Positions 62,242 to 64,000 of a stretch of DNA of 64,000 bases are shown here, piece after piece. The notes under the pieces were generated by a model. That model ran no database searches. It was not told the origin of the DNA and was given only the letters and a program-made list of their open reading frames with translations. A program made the translations under genes and the position numbers. Source of the stretch: Candidatus Omnitrophota bacterium. Its GTDB lineage: Bacteria; Omnitrophota; Gorgyraeia; Zapsychrales; Fredricksoniimonadaceae. Numbering within the stretch: the first letter of the stretch is position 1; the number at the start of each line of letters is the position of its first letter. The DNA is taken from positions 4,227-68,226 of the forward strand of contig CAIVRE010000010.1 of NCBI GenBank assembly GCA_903908245.1. Reading direction: 5' to 3'.

Positions 62242-64000
62242 ATCCTGATATTGATCAATGGCGTACGCAATTTATGAAAAATATCCGTATCATCCATCCA
62301 GGCGTTTTGTGTTACGAATGGCGGGGCCTCGGATAAAAGCCCTGCCGACAAAAGGCCCTCCCCTGAAACAGCCGGGGCCGTCCCGGTCACAACCGCCTGA
62401 CCCAGATCCTGCATCGCCTGGCCATAAAGCGCCCCACCAAGGACATTCCCGTTATAAAAAACAAGACCTGGCGCAACATTGCCAAGGTTCACGGCAGTCC
62501 TGGAAATATTGCCTTTTAAGATAGCCGAGAAAGAGTCTGTCACCCCTGATGCTGAAATATAAGCCTGTCCATTCGAAATATTAAAATTGACCGGACGCCC
62601 GATCTCTCCGATAACGCCACCCGCTGTCAACGTGAGGTTATCTGTCAACTTCAGGGCCGAATCGCCTGTCAAAGAAACAATGTCCTGTAAGGACTCAAGG
62701 AATACCCCCCCTTGCTGTGCTTCCCCATTCACGATCGTAATATCCTGCGTTGACCGGACCTCAATATCTCCGGTCTTAGCGACCAGATCCAGACTCACAT
62801 CATTGACCGTATCACTGTAATAGGCCGATCCAGCCCCCCGGACAAGAATGCTCAAATGATCCGCCGTAAGCTCAATGGGATCGTTCACCGACCCCATTTC
62901 GCCCCAAGTCGTAATATCCAGCTGACCGGCCAGGATATTACGCGCCGATCCATTGGCATCGGTGATCCGGCCTAATGTCCCGCCGGCACCATCCGCTATC
63001 CCAGCCGTGATCGTAACATTGCCCATCACGCCGTCCGCATTGCTGTCCGCGTTAACGATCCCCAAAGCAATGCTGTCCCGGGCAGAGAGGACAAGGTCCC
63101 CATCTTCGGATTCGACCCGGGCGGTTGAACCCATCACAATATCCCCGCCATCATTGCCCGCCATTTCAGAACCGGTCGTATAATCCGTTCCCGCCTTGAC
63201 CGTCACTACCCCGGTCATATCCACGCCAACGGTTTTCCCGGCATTAATGGCCACCGTATCTCCGGCATAGATCGTCACATTCCCCGCGCCGCCACTGGCC
63301 GTCACGTTGGCATTGACCGTAACATCATCCGCCGCGCCGCTTCCGAGCGAAGCGAGCAGCACGTTTCCTCCGCCCGAATTATCCACGGCTTCGTTGACCG
63401 TCAACGCGCCAGCCGAACGGATATCCACCGCGTCCGTGACCGCCCCCGCGGTCTGAGAAACACCCACCATGGCCGTAAGGCCGCCGATCGCAAGATCACC
63501 GTTATTCCTGATATAGATCCCGCCGCTCTGGGTCTGCGCCTCAAGGTTCGCGACCTGCACCTGGAGATAATTGGCAGATGTCGCGATCCCGGCCACCGCC
63601 TGGGCCACCAGGTCCCGGGCCGTGATATCCACGGCCCCCGTACCGCCGATGATATTCGCCGTATCCGCGGTCAATGTCGCGCGGCCTGTCCCGCCAGTAA
63701 CGATATTCCCGATAGAATTAAAGACAATAGATCCGCCTGTTGCCGTTATATTTCCCACAACCCAGATCGTTCCTGTGTCAAAGGTAACAACACCCCCCGT
63801 ACCCGCGCCGGTCTTGGCCGCATTCACCGCAAGATCGTTCACATACTGCCCGCCGCTGTTCACAGCGCCGGTCAGTGTAACATTCCCGGCATCGGCCAGA
63901 CCCCGTGTATTAATGGTAAAGCCACAGCCAATGGCATTGGCTGTTAACGCAACAGGGTCCGTGCCTGTTCCAAAAACAACCGCGCCACCGGTAGCGTCCC
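62235..64000 (-). CDS. C-terminal part of a large G/T/A/V-rich beta-helical (filamentous hemagglutinin-like) surface protein, open beyond the window
   Basis: Frame stays open from 63863 to the edge; repeated GNVTI/GDIV/ITA beta-strand motifs. Confidence 0.7.
   Translation of the reverse strand, partial: DATGGAVVFGTGTDPVALTANAIGCGFTINTRGLADAGNVTLTGAVNSGGQYVNDLAVNAAKTGAGTGGVVTFDTGTIWVVGNITATGGSIVFNSIGNIVTGGTGRATLTADTANIIGGTGAVDITARDLVAQAVAGIATSANYLQVQVANLEAQTQSGGIYIRNNGDLAIGGLTAMVGVSQTAGAVTDAVDIRSAGALTVNEAVDNSGGGNVLLASLGSGAADDVTVNANVTASGGAGNVTIYAGDTVAINAGKTVGVDMTGVVTVKAGTDYTTGSEMAGNDGGDIVMGSTARVESEDGDLVLSARDSIALGIVNADSNADGVMGNVTITAGIADGAGGTLGRITDANGSARNILAGQLDITTWGEMGSVNDPIELTADHLSILVRGAGSAYYSDTVNDVSLDLVAKTGDIEVRSTQDITIVNGEAQQGGVFLESLQDIVSLTGDSALKLTDNLTLTAGGVIGEIGRPVNFNISNGQAYISASGVTDSFSAILKGNISRTAVNLGNVAPGLVFYNGNVLGGALYGQAMQDLGQAVVTGTAPAVSGEGLLSAGLLSEAPPFVTQNAWMDDTDIFHKLRTPLINIRIW

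Overview
A gene-dense bacterial core-metabolism window; all but three genes lie on the minus strand. The lineage is inferred, not proven, to be Ca. Omnitrophota/PVC-like. From left to right it holds: partial pepA, gltA, an HD-GYP regulator, surE, menD-menF-menG, trxB and bioB; a conserved ~600-aa putative flavoenzyme and a KimA-like permease; a GGDEF gene, thiC, ttcA and rsmF; a complete F1Fo operon; amtB-glnK behind an apparent ANTAR antitermination leader; YHS, MATE, GHL10 and znuABC; glgM/glgE. Next is a ~22-kb co-directional respiratory super-operon: sucCD, actinobacterial-type Sdh1, a DRTGG protein, icd, cydAB, tatAC, hemA, a degenerate CcsA, and the siroheme/Ahb heme pathway. The window ends with a small zinc-ribbon gene and the C-terminus of a large beta-helical adhesin. 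The most striking observation is that the CcsA has lost a periplasmic heme-ligand His and much of its WWD motif. Its CcsB/ResB partner appears reduced to an unannotated 30-aa single-TM ORF, in a locus with cytochrome bd but no cydDC and no c-type cytochrome. No rRNA, tRNA, CRISPR array or transposase was recognised. All assignments come from motif recognition by eye; no database searches were run.
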